A stretch of DNA of 64,000 nt from the NCBI GenBank assembly GCA_008933615.1, contig WBUR01000003.1:16340-80339 (forward strand), given 5' to 3'. A program made the position numbers and the translations under genes. Positions 50,256-59,152 of this stretch are shown here, in pieces. Positions within the stretch are counted from its first letter, which is position 1; each line of letters starts with the position of its first letter. Origin of the DNA: a bacterium. GTDB taxonomy: Bacteria; CLD3; SB21. The notes beneath the pieces were generated by a model. That model searched no databases. It was not told where the DNA came from and worked only from the letters and a program-made list of their open reading frames with translations.

Positions 50256-51404
50256 ATGTTGTCCGAAATACTTTACGCCATCAAAATTGTAACTGTTTTT
50301 CAGTTATTATTTTTCTCAGTTTTTCTTTTTTTTCATAGTCGATCGGGAAAGCTGGGAAATTATATTCTTGCTGGCTTTCTTGCGGCGCTTACGTTTGGAA
50401 CGATTTACCGACTTTCATTTTACGATATCGAAATTTGCATTGAAAAATATCCCCAACTCGTTTTTATAGGCGAATCGTCCGGGCTAATTCTAGGGCCTTC
50501 GCTGTATTTGTATGCGCAAACGATCGTTCGCGGAGAGCAGGCTGTTAATCTAACCAAGTTACTGCTGCACAGCATTCCTTTTATAGTTTTCTGGGCGTTC
50601 TTCTTACCTCAACTAAATGTTGATTTTTCAACGGAAGGACGTTTGTTTTCGACATCGCTAGAAATGTTTCTGCCGTATGCGGATATTTTGATTCATGGTT
50701 TGATCGTTACCCATTTTATTGTCTATACGTCGTCAACGCTTTTGACTATCCATAGATATCATAAAGAAATGTTGAATCATTATTCCACGGTAGAAAAATT
50801 ACGCTTTCGGTGGTTGGCTATTTTGATAACCGCGTTTGTAAGCACATGGTTTTTGGGATTTGCCAATTATACCTCTGCATGGTATGGTGAGCAAATCAAA
50901 TCGGTTGGGGTGTCGTACGTATTTGCTGCATTTATTTTTTCAAATCTCATTATTATCAAAGGGCTTCGACAGCCGCAGATTTTCATCGATCTTTTTCAGA
51001 TCGTCCCGGATCGTCCCAAATATTCAAAAACCTTATTGCGGGATGAAGAGATCAAAACGTATCGACAGCAGGTGCAAAACTATATGGAAAAGTATAAGCC
51101 GTACACGGATGCCGGATTTACGATGGATGATCTTGCGAATGCGTTATCACTCCCCGCCCATGTCGTTTCACAGGTGCTCAATACATCTTTTGAAAAAAAC
51201 TTTTTTCAATTTATAAATCACTATCGCATCGAAGAATGTAAGCGGCTTTTTCAAGTTCAGTCCGGTGAAAAGGCATCCGTCCTTGAGATATGTTATAAAT
51301 CCGGCTTTAATTCTAAAACGACGTTTAATACTACATTCAAAAAAGTGACAGGATATACACCCACCGAATATTTAAGAAAAACTACTGATTCTCCAAAAAA
51401 ATAA
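50256..51404 (+). CDS. membrane-anchored AraC/XylS-family transcriptional regulator
   Basis: Six or seven N-terminal TM helices. C-terminal AraC HTH (MDDLANALSLPAHVVSQVLN...EICYKSGFNSKTTFNTTFKKVTGYTPTEY). Confidence 0.7.
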   Translation: MLSEILYAIKIVTVFQLLFFSVFLFFHSRSGKLGNYILAGFLAALTFGTIYRLSFYDIEICIEKYPQLVFIGESSGLILGPSLYLYAQTIVRGEQAVNLTKLLLHSIPFIVFWAFFLPQLNVDFSTEGRLFSTSLEMFLPYADILIHGLIVTHFIVYTSSTLLTIHRYHKEMLNHYSTVEKLRFRWLAILITAFVSTWFLGFANYTSAWYGEQIKSVGVSYVFAAFIFSNLIIIKGLRQPQIFIDLFQIVPDRPKYSKTLLRDEEIKTYRQQVQNYMEKYKPYTDAGFTMDDLANALSLPAHVVSQVLNTSFEKNFFQFINHYRIEECKRLFQVQSGEKASVLEICYKSGFNSKTTFNTTFKKVTGYTPTEYLRKTTDSPKK

Positions 51405-51555
51405 GGATTTATATGCCAGAAACTGTTTTGAAGTGCTGTCCTTTTATCTGTAAATTCGTTCGACCTTATTAACCTGAACGATTCTTCCACTTGAAAACGC
51501 TATCTTTTCTTGATTTTGCTCTGATTCTTCAACTCACAAGAAAAAAATCGTTCTA

Positions 51556-52281
51556 ATGCCGCATAAATACAAACACTTTCTGTCGTTCACATCAATATCA
51601 TCCATTTTTGGCGCGATAACTACAGCGTTTCTTTTTTTATGGGCATCCGCGGCGCCGCCGGACTTTGAATCGCAATTGAAGCTTGCTGACAACCCTTGGT
51701 ATATGGGAAAACTCTGGATACTTTTCTTTCATCCGCAATTTAATTTTTTGGCTGTTATAGGTATAGCGATAATCCGACTGCGGGAAACGCCGGGATTAGT
51801 GATAAGTAGCGTGTTGTTTTTACTGATATGGATGATCACGGAAATGTCGCAGCAAGCCTTTTTAATAGACGCTCTCAATCAAATGTGGAGGCCGGCTTAC
51901 GTACAGGCCGATACCGAACTGAAAAGAAATATCTACGAAACGCTTATTCGCGGAGCGTCGGGTTTTTCGGACAGTAAATATTTTGTCCTTCTTTATGCGT
52001 TCGGACTAGGCAGTTTGTTGTTGGGTCTGTCATTGCTCCGTGATACCGGCTTGGCAAAATGGATCGGATCCATTCAGATGTTTATCGGGATTTTAAGCCT
52101 GTCGTCTTTTGTTCGATATTATTTTTATTTTTCTTCGCTTGATCCGATAGTCAACTGGTTATATGAATGGATTTATGTTTTTATTCAGCCTTTCGTTCGA
52201 CTACTTATCGCGTATTGGCTTTTTTCTCAAATCAAAAAACTCAATTACAAGGATGAATCTGCGCATGATTATCAAGCGTAG
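51556..52281 (+). CDS. integral membrane protein of unknown function
   Basis: Six predicted TM helices. No recognisable motif. Confidence 0.4.
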   Translation: MPHKYKHFLSFTSISSIFGAITTAFLFLWASAAPPDFESQLKLADNPWYMGKLWILFFHPQFNFLAVIGIAIIRLRETPGLVISSVLFLLIWMITEMSQQAFLIDALNQMWRPAYVQADTELKRNIYETLIRGASGFSDSKYFVLLYAFGLGSLLLGLSLLRDTGLAKWIGSIQMFIGILSLSSFVRYYFYFSSLDPIVNWLYEWIYVFIQPFVRLLIAYWLFSQIKKLNYKDESAHDYQA

Positions 52282-52285
52282 CTCG

Positions 52286-53260
52286 ATGAAAAGATGGATG
52301 CTTGTGTTGTTATGGTTCAGTAGCATTCATATAAACGCCCAAAATGAAAATCAGCGCGAGCGCGATTCTATCGTTGATCACCACGTACATTTCTTATCGC
52401 CGGATTTGATTTCCCAATGGAAAGCTCTGGGGATCCCTTTTTCTAAAAAAGATAATTTCTATTCCGATATCGATTCGATCGTGAGACTGCTCGGAACGCG
52501 TCACATGAAACTTGTATCGATGGCGCACGTATTCACTTCTTCAGAATTCGGCCCGCCCGCTTCCGATGCATATGAAGCCGTAAAAAAGGAAAATAACTAT
52601 TTAGCCTATCTTAAAAACAAGTATCCAAAGACTATAAGAGCTTATTATGGAATAGATCCTCTTCAGAATTACACATTGACGGAAATCAAACGCTGTCAGC
52701 GGGAATTAGGGTTAGACGGTATCAAGTTACATTTTAACACTTCCCAGGTATTTTTGACAGAACCGGAACACCGAAAGAAGGTCAAGGAAGTGTTTAAATA
52801 TGCTTCTATACATCAGATACCCGTCTTGTTGCATCTGGATAACAGCCATGGGAGTTTTGGGGAACTTGATGTGCGTTTACTGGCCGACTCGATACTATCC
52901 GGTTTGGATTACGTCAAGCTTCATATTGCGCATTTCGGCACTTCCGGCGGTTTCAATGCAAGGACAAAGAGCGTCATTGATACGTTTACCGAATTATTTT
53001 CAGAGCAGCATCCGATTTCGAAACAACATATACGCTTCGATATTTCGGCGGTTGGGTTGAATAAGGATAGCGATGGAATCGCCCGCCTAAACGAAGAACA
53101 ATTTAAAGAACTGGGTATCTATGCGCGCAAGTTAGGCTTTGATAAAATTGTATTTGGAACGGATTACCCGCTGTATTCAGCCCATGAATATCTGAACGTA
53201 CTAAAAAACAAACTCAATCTTACACCGGACGAGTTAAAACAGCTCTTAATGGAGAAATGA
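52286..53260 (+). CDS. secreted metal-dependent TIM-barrel hydrolase (amidohydrolase-2-like)
   Basis: Signal peptide MKRWMLVLLWFSSIHINAQ. HHVHF metal-binding HxH near the N-terminus and downstream His and Asp ligands. The track ORF (52163) overlaps the previous gene by 118 nt, so the internal ATG at 52286 is preferred. Confidence 0.55.
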   Translation: MKRWMLVLLWFSSIHINAQNENQRERDSIVDHHVHFLSPDLISQWKALGIPFSKKDNFYSDIDSIVRLLGTRHMKLVSMAHVFTSSEFGPPASDAYEAVKKENNYLAYLKNKYPKTIRAYYGIDPLQNYTLTEIKRCQRELGLDGIKLHFNTSQVFLTEPEHRKKVKEVFKYASIHQIPVLLHLDNSHGSFGELDVRLLADSILSGLDYVKLHIAHFGTSGGFNARTKSVIDTFTELFSEQHPISKQHIRFDISAVGLNKDSDGIARLNEEQFKELGIYARKLGFDKIVFGTDYPLYSAHEYLNVLKNKLNLTPDELKQLLMEK

Positions 53261-53384
53261 ACAATGATACTGCCGTTAAAGAGTCGCGGAAAATTCCTGT
53301 AGAACTTATTCCAGACGATAACCCTTTCACGTTAATTCATTTAAGACCTGTGTATGCTGCACAACAAACTTACGAGGAGGTACT

Positions 53385-55394
53385 TTGAGTATCAAAATAG
53401 TCCTGTACGTTTATTTGTTGTTTGTCACCCTTGACAATTACAACCTGATTTTGGCGCAGACAAACGTATTTACGAATGTCAATATCATTCCGATGGACAG
53501 TGCGCATATATTGACGGATCATTTCGTTATGGTGACCGACGGGAAAATCGCATATATCGGAAAGGAGAAACCCGCGCGAATCCCAAAAAAAGCACATTAT
53601 ATCGATGCCCGTGGAAAATATCTCATACCCGGATTGATTGACAGTTACGCTCACATCCATGAAAAAAACCTCGGGCTTTTTCTCGCTAACGGTATCACTA
53701 CGGTACGCAATGCTCCCGGTTCCGCCTTTCAGCATGCTCTCAAGAAATTAACCGACAGCCAGGAGCTGATAGGTCCACGAATATACAGCGTTGGACCTGC
53801 GCTAACGGGATCAATAACGGCTTATCATACGCAGGGTGCTTTGGCCAATGCGGAAGAAGTTCGATTTGCAGTAAGGGAAACCAAGCGTATGGGTTACGAT
53901 GCCGTTTTTTCGTATGTTACGATCTCTCCGGAAGTTTATAAGGAGATGTTGGACGAGGCGCAAAAATGCGGACTTCCCGTTCAAGGCCATGTACCCTACA
54001 TGGTTCCCTATAAAGACTATATTGAAGGAAATCAATCATCTTTTGACAATCTTGTCGGGTTAATGAATTTACAAAGCGGAGCCACTTACCCGGAGGAACG
54101 CCTGGCTCAGTTTGCAGATGACTACAGGCGAACTGGAAAATACGTTATTCCCACCCTGACTATCCATAAAGCACGAGCCTCGGCCAGAAAAATAGACAGC
54201 CTAAAAAATCAATCTTCGATGAAATATGTGCTACCCCGCCAAAAGGAGTACTGGCGTCTGAACTCACAACAATACACTTATTCCGGCGCCCCGGATATCG
54301 TAAAGACATTTTACCAAAATGGCGTCCAACTTCTTTTAGGCTCAGACGGCGGTTTTCATTTTGTTGTGCATGGTTTTTCCTATCTTGATGAAGCGCAGAA
54401 TTTTGCCGAGTTGGGAATATCCAACTATGACATACTCAGCGCCGGTACGGTCCACGCGGCGCGCTATCTCGGCTGGGATAAAAAAATCGGGACGATCGAA
54501 GTTGGCAAAGAAGCCGATTTGGTTTTACTTAATCGTAACCCGTTGGAAGATATCAGAGCGCTTGCTGATCACAGCGGCGTCATGATCCGTGGGTCATGGT
54601 ATTCCCGGGAACAACTTGATGAAATGTTAAGAACACTTGAAAAAGAAATTCACGAAATGCCCGCAACAAATCGCATGGAGTTTTTTCCAAAACCGCCGCG
54701 TTCGTTTGAACCTTATGCGCAATATGAAATATATTATAAATCGGTACGGTGTGGAGATGAAAAAATCTATATATCGCAAGACGGTAAGCAACAGTCAAAG
54801 ATCCTGAGTTATAACAGTATTGATCCTTTATGCCAGCGTAACACCATCACCGAATGGACGTTTCAGAATGATAATATTCAAGATACGAAAGTGAAGCGTA
54901 CTTCCATCGAAGGGACTACGGAAGTATCCATGCGACCCAACAAAGGTTATACATCCGTCACCGGTCAGCATCCTATCTTCGGCACGATTAACTTCACGGA
55001 TAGCACGGATGTTCATCGTATAACCGGAGGGCCTAACACATCGATCAATCTGGACGTAGACGTGGTCGGTAACTATTACGTGTTATTTAAGCATTTGAAG
55101 CCGCTGGATATCGGTCAAACCGATAGCGTCATATCAAAAAAAATAGAACTTAATCCCGAAGAGTGGGGACGCCAATCTATCATTGGTAATTCCTGGTACA
55201 AGGTCACACGAGTAATTGCAAATGACACTGTTGCGAATCATAAAAAGTATGAGATTACTCAACCGGGATTCAACGGCTCTCCGGATTTTAACTTCAAAAG
55301 CGTAATTACCGTTAATGAAGATGGTGTGATCGATCATATCACGTTTAATGACAATGTGATCATAAAAAAGGTAAAATGGTCCGCAATAAAGTAG
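53385..55394 (+). CDS. secreted amidohydrolase-family protein with C-terminal domain of unknown function
   Basis: Signal peptide. PGLIDSYAHIHE (HxH) motif. Composite-domain signature near residue 400 (EVGKEADLVLL). About 250 extra C-terminal residues. Confidence 0.6.
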   Translation: MSIKIVLYVYLLFVTLDNYNLILAQTNVFTNVNIIPMDSAHILTDHFVMVTDGKIAYIGKEKPARIPKKAHYIDARGKYLIPGLIDSYAHIHEKNLGLFLANGITTVRNAPGSAFQHALKKLTDSQELIGPRIYSVGPALTGSITAYHTQGALANAEEVRFAVRETKRMGYDAVFSYVTISPEVYKEMLDEAQKCGLPVQGHVPYMVPYKDYIEGNQSSFDNLVGLMNLQSGATYPEERLAQFADDYRRTGKYVIPTLTIHKARASARKIDSLKNQSSMKYVLPRQKEYWRLNSQQYTYSGAPDIVKTFYQNGVQLLLGSDGGFHFVVHGFSYLDEAQNFAELGISNYDILSAGTVHAARYLGWDKKIGTIEVGKEADLVLLNRNPLEDIRALADHSGVMIRGSWYSREQLDEMLRTLEKEIHEMPATNRMEFFPKPPRSFEPYAQYEIYYKSVRCGDEKIYISQDGKQQSKILSYNSIDPLCQRNTITEWTFQNDNIQDTKVKRTSIEGTTEVSMRPNKGYTSVTGQHPIFGTINFTDSTDVHRITGGPNTSINLDVDVVGNYYVLFKHLKPLDIGQTDSVISKKIELNPEEWGRQSIIGNSWYKVTRVIANDTVANHKKYEITQPGFNGSPDFNFKSVITVNEDGVIDHITFNDNVIIKKVKWSAIK

Positions 55395-55576
55395 AAGCCC
55401 CCTAAGAATAATAAAACAACAAATTAGTTTTTCAAGGGCCAAAAGGCGATTAAAAGGAGTATTGGAAGCAGAAGTATCCGAAAAAATGGCTGCTATTACG
55501 AGGTATTAAAAAACTTTATATATTTCTTACAGCCCAAGGGATGATCCCAAAATCGGGCGTTTGGGAACAGCAACAT

Positions 55577-55633
55577 AAAACGAAATTAAATGTAAGTCGA
55601 GCGGGATATGAGAAATTAAAGGGTTTGTTGTAG
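55577..55633 (+). pseudogene. 3-prime remnant of a second LytTR-family response-regulator gene
   Basis: Translates in frame to KTKLNVSRAGYEKLKGLL* versus GTKLNVSRAGYEKLRGLL* at the end of the intact regulator (ends 49720). Similarity stops abruptly upstream. The nucleotide differences are mostly synonymous. Confidence 0.45.
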
Positions 55634-55665
55634 TTCTGCGCCTCAGCGTCTTCGCAGTAAAATTA

Positions 55666-56445
55666 TTATTCGATCTTCAGAACCGGCTCCAAAACATCCA
55701 GCCTTTTATCATCCTTATAATAGACCCGTTCCAGAAATAATCCCGATGGCGGTGCAGTGAATCGTGCCGGAATATCGGATTTCGACTGGAGAAATTGTTG
55801 AATGTCTTTTGACGTCAATTTTCCGCGGCCCACTTCCGCCATAACACCTACCATTTGCCGGACCATCTTCCATAAAAAATGCGATCCAACGATTCGAATG
55901 AGGATTAGAGCTCCGCTTTCTTTGATCTGAATACTCTCGATCATCACTTTGGAAGATTTGCTTTCCATTTCGTCCGGGGCAAAAGATTGAAAATTTTTCA
56001 GCCCGACAAATAATTTTGCCGCATCCTGCATTTTCTGAATATTCAATTCATCCTTGATCCACCAAACAAACCGTTTTCCGAACGCGCTCCGGCGGCGCGA
56101 GATCTGATACAAGTAACTGCGCGCAACAGCGTCATGCCGCGCGTGAAACTTGGTATCTGCTTTTTCGATGTCCAGAATATGAATATCGGCGGGCAGGGCA
56201 TCGTTGATCTGAATTCGCAGTTTAAACGGTTCGAGTTTTGTCACCGCCTCCAGATGTGCCACTTGCCTGAGCGCATGCACACCGCCATCCGTACGTCCGG
56301 AAGCGTACAATTCGAACTCGTTCGTATTCAACACCTTCTCGACCGCAGTGATAATTTCGCCCTGAACGGTGCGCGCTTCTTTTTGCGCCTGCCAGCCGCT
56401 GTAACGGGTTCCCTCGTATTCGATAATTAGTTTGTAACGGGACAT
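55666..56445 (-). CDS. truA: tRNA pseudouridine(38-40) synthase
   Basis: N-terminal YKLIIEYEGTRYSGWQ and catalytic-Asp region GRTDGGVHA. 259 aa. Confidence 0.85.
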   Translation of the reverse strand: MSRYKLIIEYEGTRYSGWQAQKEARTVQGEIITAVEKVLNTNEFELYASGRTDGGVHALRQVAHLEAVTKLEPFKLRIQINDALPADIHILDIEKADTKFHARHDAVARSYLYQISRRRSAFGKRFVWWIKDELNIQKMQDAAKLFVGLKNFQSFAPDEMESKSSKVMIESIQIKESGALILIRIVGSHFLWKMVRQMVGVMAEVGRGKLTSKDIQQFLQSKSDIPARFTAPPSGLFLERVYYKDDKRLDVLEPVLKIE

Positions 56446-56475
56446 GAGATCAACCTTACGTGCAACGCACGCTTT

Positions 56476-56946
56476 TTAATGAAGCAAAATCTTTTTTATT
56501 ATTCTCTGCAAAAACTTCGGTATTCCCGGCAGATAATTATCAAATGGTTTAATCGAGTAAACAGCCGGTCGTTCGTCGCGGTCATGTTTCATTCCCGGAC
56601 AACCCGAATCATAATACAATTGTCCGTCAATCCGATACCACGGATATTCCCGGCAGCCCTGCGGCCGCGCTGAGTAGCACGAACAGGCTTTATCTTTTAA
56701 TAGCGCACAGGCGAAACCGTTTGATTTTAGTTTAATACTCTTGCCGGAACGAACGAGCGATGGCTCGCCGATTTTTAAAGCATCTTCTTCCGTTACAACC
56801 ACACCGCCGCCCAGAACATCACAACATAGTCCGCATTCCCCGCCGATACAATCCAGCCGGATCGGCGCATCGGCTTTTCGCAGATGTAGTAATCCTTTTT
56901 TACGCGCGTAGAAAATAATCCGGATCAGGCGAAACACGGAACTCAC
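56476..56946 (-). CDS. YkgJ/UPF0153-type CxxCxxCC putative Fe-S/zinc-binding protein
   Basis: CIGGECGLCC motif plus further Cys (CALL..KACSCY..CREY..CPG). GTG start overlapping the upstream transporter stop by 4 nt. Confidence 0.6.
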   Translation of the reverse strand: MSSVFRLIRIIFYARKKGLLHLRKADAPIRLDCIGGECGLCCDVLGGGVVVTEEDALKIGEPSLVRSGKSIKLKSNGFACALLKDKACSCYSARPQGCREYPWYRIDGQLYYDSGCPGMKHDRDERPAVYSIKPFDNYLPGIPKFLQRIIKKILLH

Positions 56947-58424
56947 GTATTCTCCTTTTGTTGTAAGAGAAATCCGATTCCCAGCATGAGCGATGAGACC
57001 AGAAGGCTTGACACCGGCGCGAGAAATACAATTTCGTCATTGATAATATACTTGCCATAACCCGCGGTTGCCCATCCTGCAATAAATCCTGACGCAATAC
57101 TCACGGATGCCCAGCGGGATAGCTTCTGCAGTTTGGTCTTATCGCCAAATAAGGCGGCCATGATGGAAGGGAATAAGCCCAACTGCGCTCCGTAGATCGC
57201 AAATACAAAATCGGCGATGGAAAAACCGATGGATGACAATATCACCACAACGCCCATAGACAACAAAGCAGCTGTGATTAAGATCAATCTTGAAATCCAG
57301 AGCTCTCTTGCGGAATCAATCCGCTCTTTTAGTTTTCTCCCTTGCGAAATCAGATCTTCATAAACCGTGTGCGATACGGCGATCAATTGTGTTGACGCGG
57401 TGGACAGCATCGCGCCGTATAAGCCGAGCACAACAAAGAACAATGCCATCATCGGAATAAGTCCATTCATTCCGCCTATCGCGTTGAGCAGCGTCAAAAG
57501 AGGATTTACCCGTTCCATCGGCACGATGACCATAAATGCGAGACATGCCGTGACAACAAACAATCCCCAGCTCAGCGCAGAGATGAAGACGCTTGAAAAT
57601 AGTCCGCGGTATACCGTTTCCGGTTTCTGCGATGCGGCTATACGCTGCCAGACGCTCATGTCGGAAATAAAAGTTGGAACATTGATCACCCATACGCCCA
57701 GAAGAAAAGCGGGCAGTTCTTCACGCCAGGTAAATTGTTTTATTTCATCCGGAATGTTGGCAAGATTGACCGCCCAGCCTTCATGGCCGCGCACGAAATA
57801 AAAATAAAAACCAAGCAGAGCGGCGAGAAACAGCCAGATGGAAACCATTTGAATGCGGTCCGTCACGATCACGGCGCGAAATCCGCCGTAGGACGTGTAT
57901 GCGAGTCCTATCAACGCCAGAACAGAAACCGCCAGCCAAAGCGGAATTTCAGGAATCAGGCTGGCAAGAAATCGGGAACCGACGGTTAGTTCCACGGCAA
58001 ATGCGCCGAGAAAACCAAGGCTTGTGCAGGCGGCGCCGATCATGTACAAGGAACGGGAATTGAATTCCTGTCCCAAGAACTCATGCAGCGTCGGGCGATG
58101 GTCGTAAGCTGACAACTTTGTCCAGATTCGTTTTGCGACAAAACGTACGCAGAAAAGTCCGATCGACGTTGTGATCACCGTCCAGAAGAGCCACACGCCG
58201 AGTTCCGGCGCCAATTCAAAAAAGGCAAGAACGACCGTCGCCAGGGAAATGCTGGTAGCAACGGTGCTTGAGGAAAATTCAGCTGAATTTCTTATTTCAG
58301 CCTGATGTCCGCCGGTTAAAGGAATGAGATCGGCCAGGTTGCGGTTTTTCCTTCCGAGCAAGAAACCGACAAATAAATAAACGGAAAAAGCGCAGAGAAG
58401 CGCCGCTGCAACAGTTACCGTCAT
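56943..58424 (-). CDS. sodium:solute symporter (SSS family, PutP/PanF-like)
   Basis: 493 aa with 13 predicted TM helices and an SSS-type architecture. Start ATG overlaps the stop of the CDPS-like gene (ATGA). Confidence 0.75.
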   Translation of the reverse strand: MTVTVAAALLCAFSVYLFVGFLLGRKNRNLADLIPLTGGHQAEIRNSAEFSSSTVATSISLATVVLAFFELAPELGVWLFWTVITTSIGLFCVRFVAKRIWTKLSAYDHRPTLHEFLGQEFNSRSLYMIGAACTSLGFLGAFAVELTVGSRFLASLIPEIPLWLAVSVLALIGLAYTSYGGFRAVIVTDRIQMVSIWLFLAALLGFYFYFVRGHEGWAVNLANIPDEIKQFTWREELPAFLLGVWVINVPTFISDMSVWQRIAASQKPETVYRGLFSSVFISALSWGLFVVTACLAFMVIVPMERVNPLLTLLNAIGGMNGLIPMMALFFVVLGLYGAMLSTASTQLIAVSHTVYEDLISQGRKLKERIDSARELWISRLILITAALLSMGVVVILSSIGFSIADFVFAIYGAQLGLFPSIMAALFGDKTKLQKLSRWASVSIASGFIAGWATAGYGKYIINDEIVFLAPVSSLLVSSLMLGIGFLLQQKENT

Positions 58425-59152
58425 GATGGATTTTTGCTTTTTTTGGTGATGCGCAATTCGACGTTGATGCGCTGTTTCAATGCGGGAGGAATGTGCGGAA
58501 ATTTACCGGCGGCAATATCCACTAGTACGGGAATTTCGGCGCCGGGATATACTTCCACCGCCCAGCCGTTTTCGACAAGAACGCTGAATACCGCTATCTC
58601 TTCAAGCAGATATTGGGTTGATAAGGCTATGGCTGTTTTTTTGTCTACAACGGGGCTTTTTTTATTTTTCATCTGGCGAGAAATAAATTCAGTCGATGTT
58701 TTATCGATCGATTCCCGAAATTCAAAACTGGATACAAATAGTTCATCCAGGATCTTTTTCGCCTTATGGTATTCCGGCGAGTCGAGAAACGACTTCCAGC
58801 GTGTCACACGAAATTTTTCTTTAGGAAGTAGCGACAGATATTTTTCGGACTCTTTTAAAAAAGCATCGCCCATGCGCAGCGATTCAATTTCAGCTTCTTT
58901 GGCCTGTCGGTTGTAGAAAATATGTTCGTTATAACGCTGAAGATAATCGCCTACTACAATCAGGCATTCGTCAAAATGACGTGAAATCCATTCGAGCAAT
59001 ACCTGGAACGATTCGCCGCGGAACTGCGGATTGCCAATGCTGATACCGAGATAACATCGGCGGTGGAGAAACAGTTCTTTCTGCGTGATCGCCGGCGCGA
59101 TACTCTCGATGCGTGTGGTGTATTCGGTTAATAGATCTTTATTTGTTGTCAA
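58421..59152 (-). CDS. cyclodipeptide synthase (CDPS, AlbC-like tRNA-dependent)
   Basis: 243 aa. LGISIGNPQF (G-x-S with Ser nucleophile), LLEW...F...V.D, EKFRV, SPEY and YLLEE motifs, and a Y-P pair in VEVYPG, all collinear with the AlbC family as I recall it. Start codon is TTG. Confidence 0.7.
   Translation of the reverse strand: MTTNKDLLTEYTTRIESIAPAITQKELFLHRRCYLGISIGNPQFRGESFQVLLEWISRHFDECLIVVGDYLQRYNEHIFYNRQAKEAEIESLRMGDAFLKESEKYLSLLPKEKFRVTRWKSFLDSPEYHKAKKILDELFVSSFEFRESIDKTSTEFISRQMKNKKSPVVDKKTAIALSTQYLLEEIAVFSVLVENGWAVEVYPGAEIPVLVDIAAGKFPHIPPALKQRINVELRITKKSKNPS

Noticed and set aside
52163-52285. Extended 5-prime part of the amidohydrolase-2-like ORF as given in the track
   Set aside because: It overlaps the preceding membrane-protein gene by 118 nt. 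An internal ATG at 52286 begins a textbook signal peptide, so the extension is unlikely to be translated.
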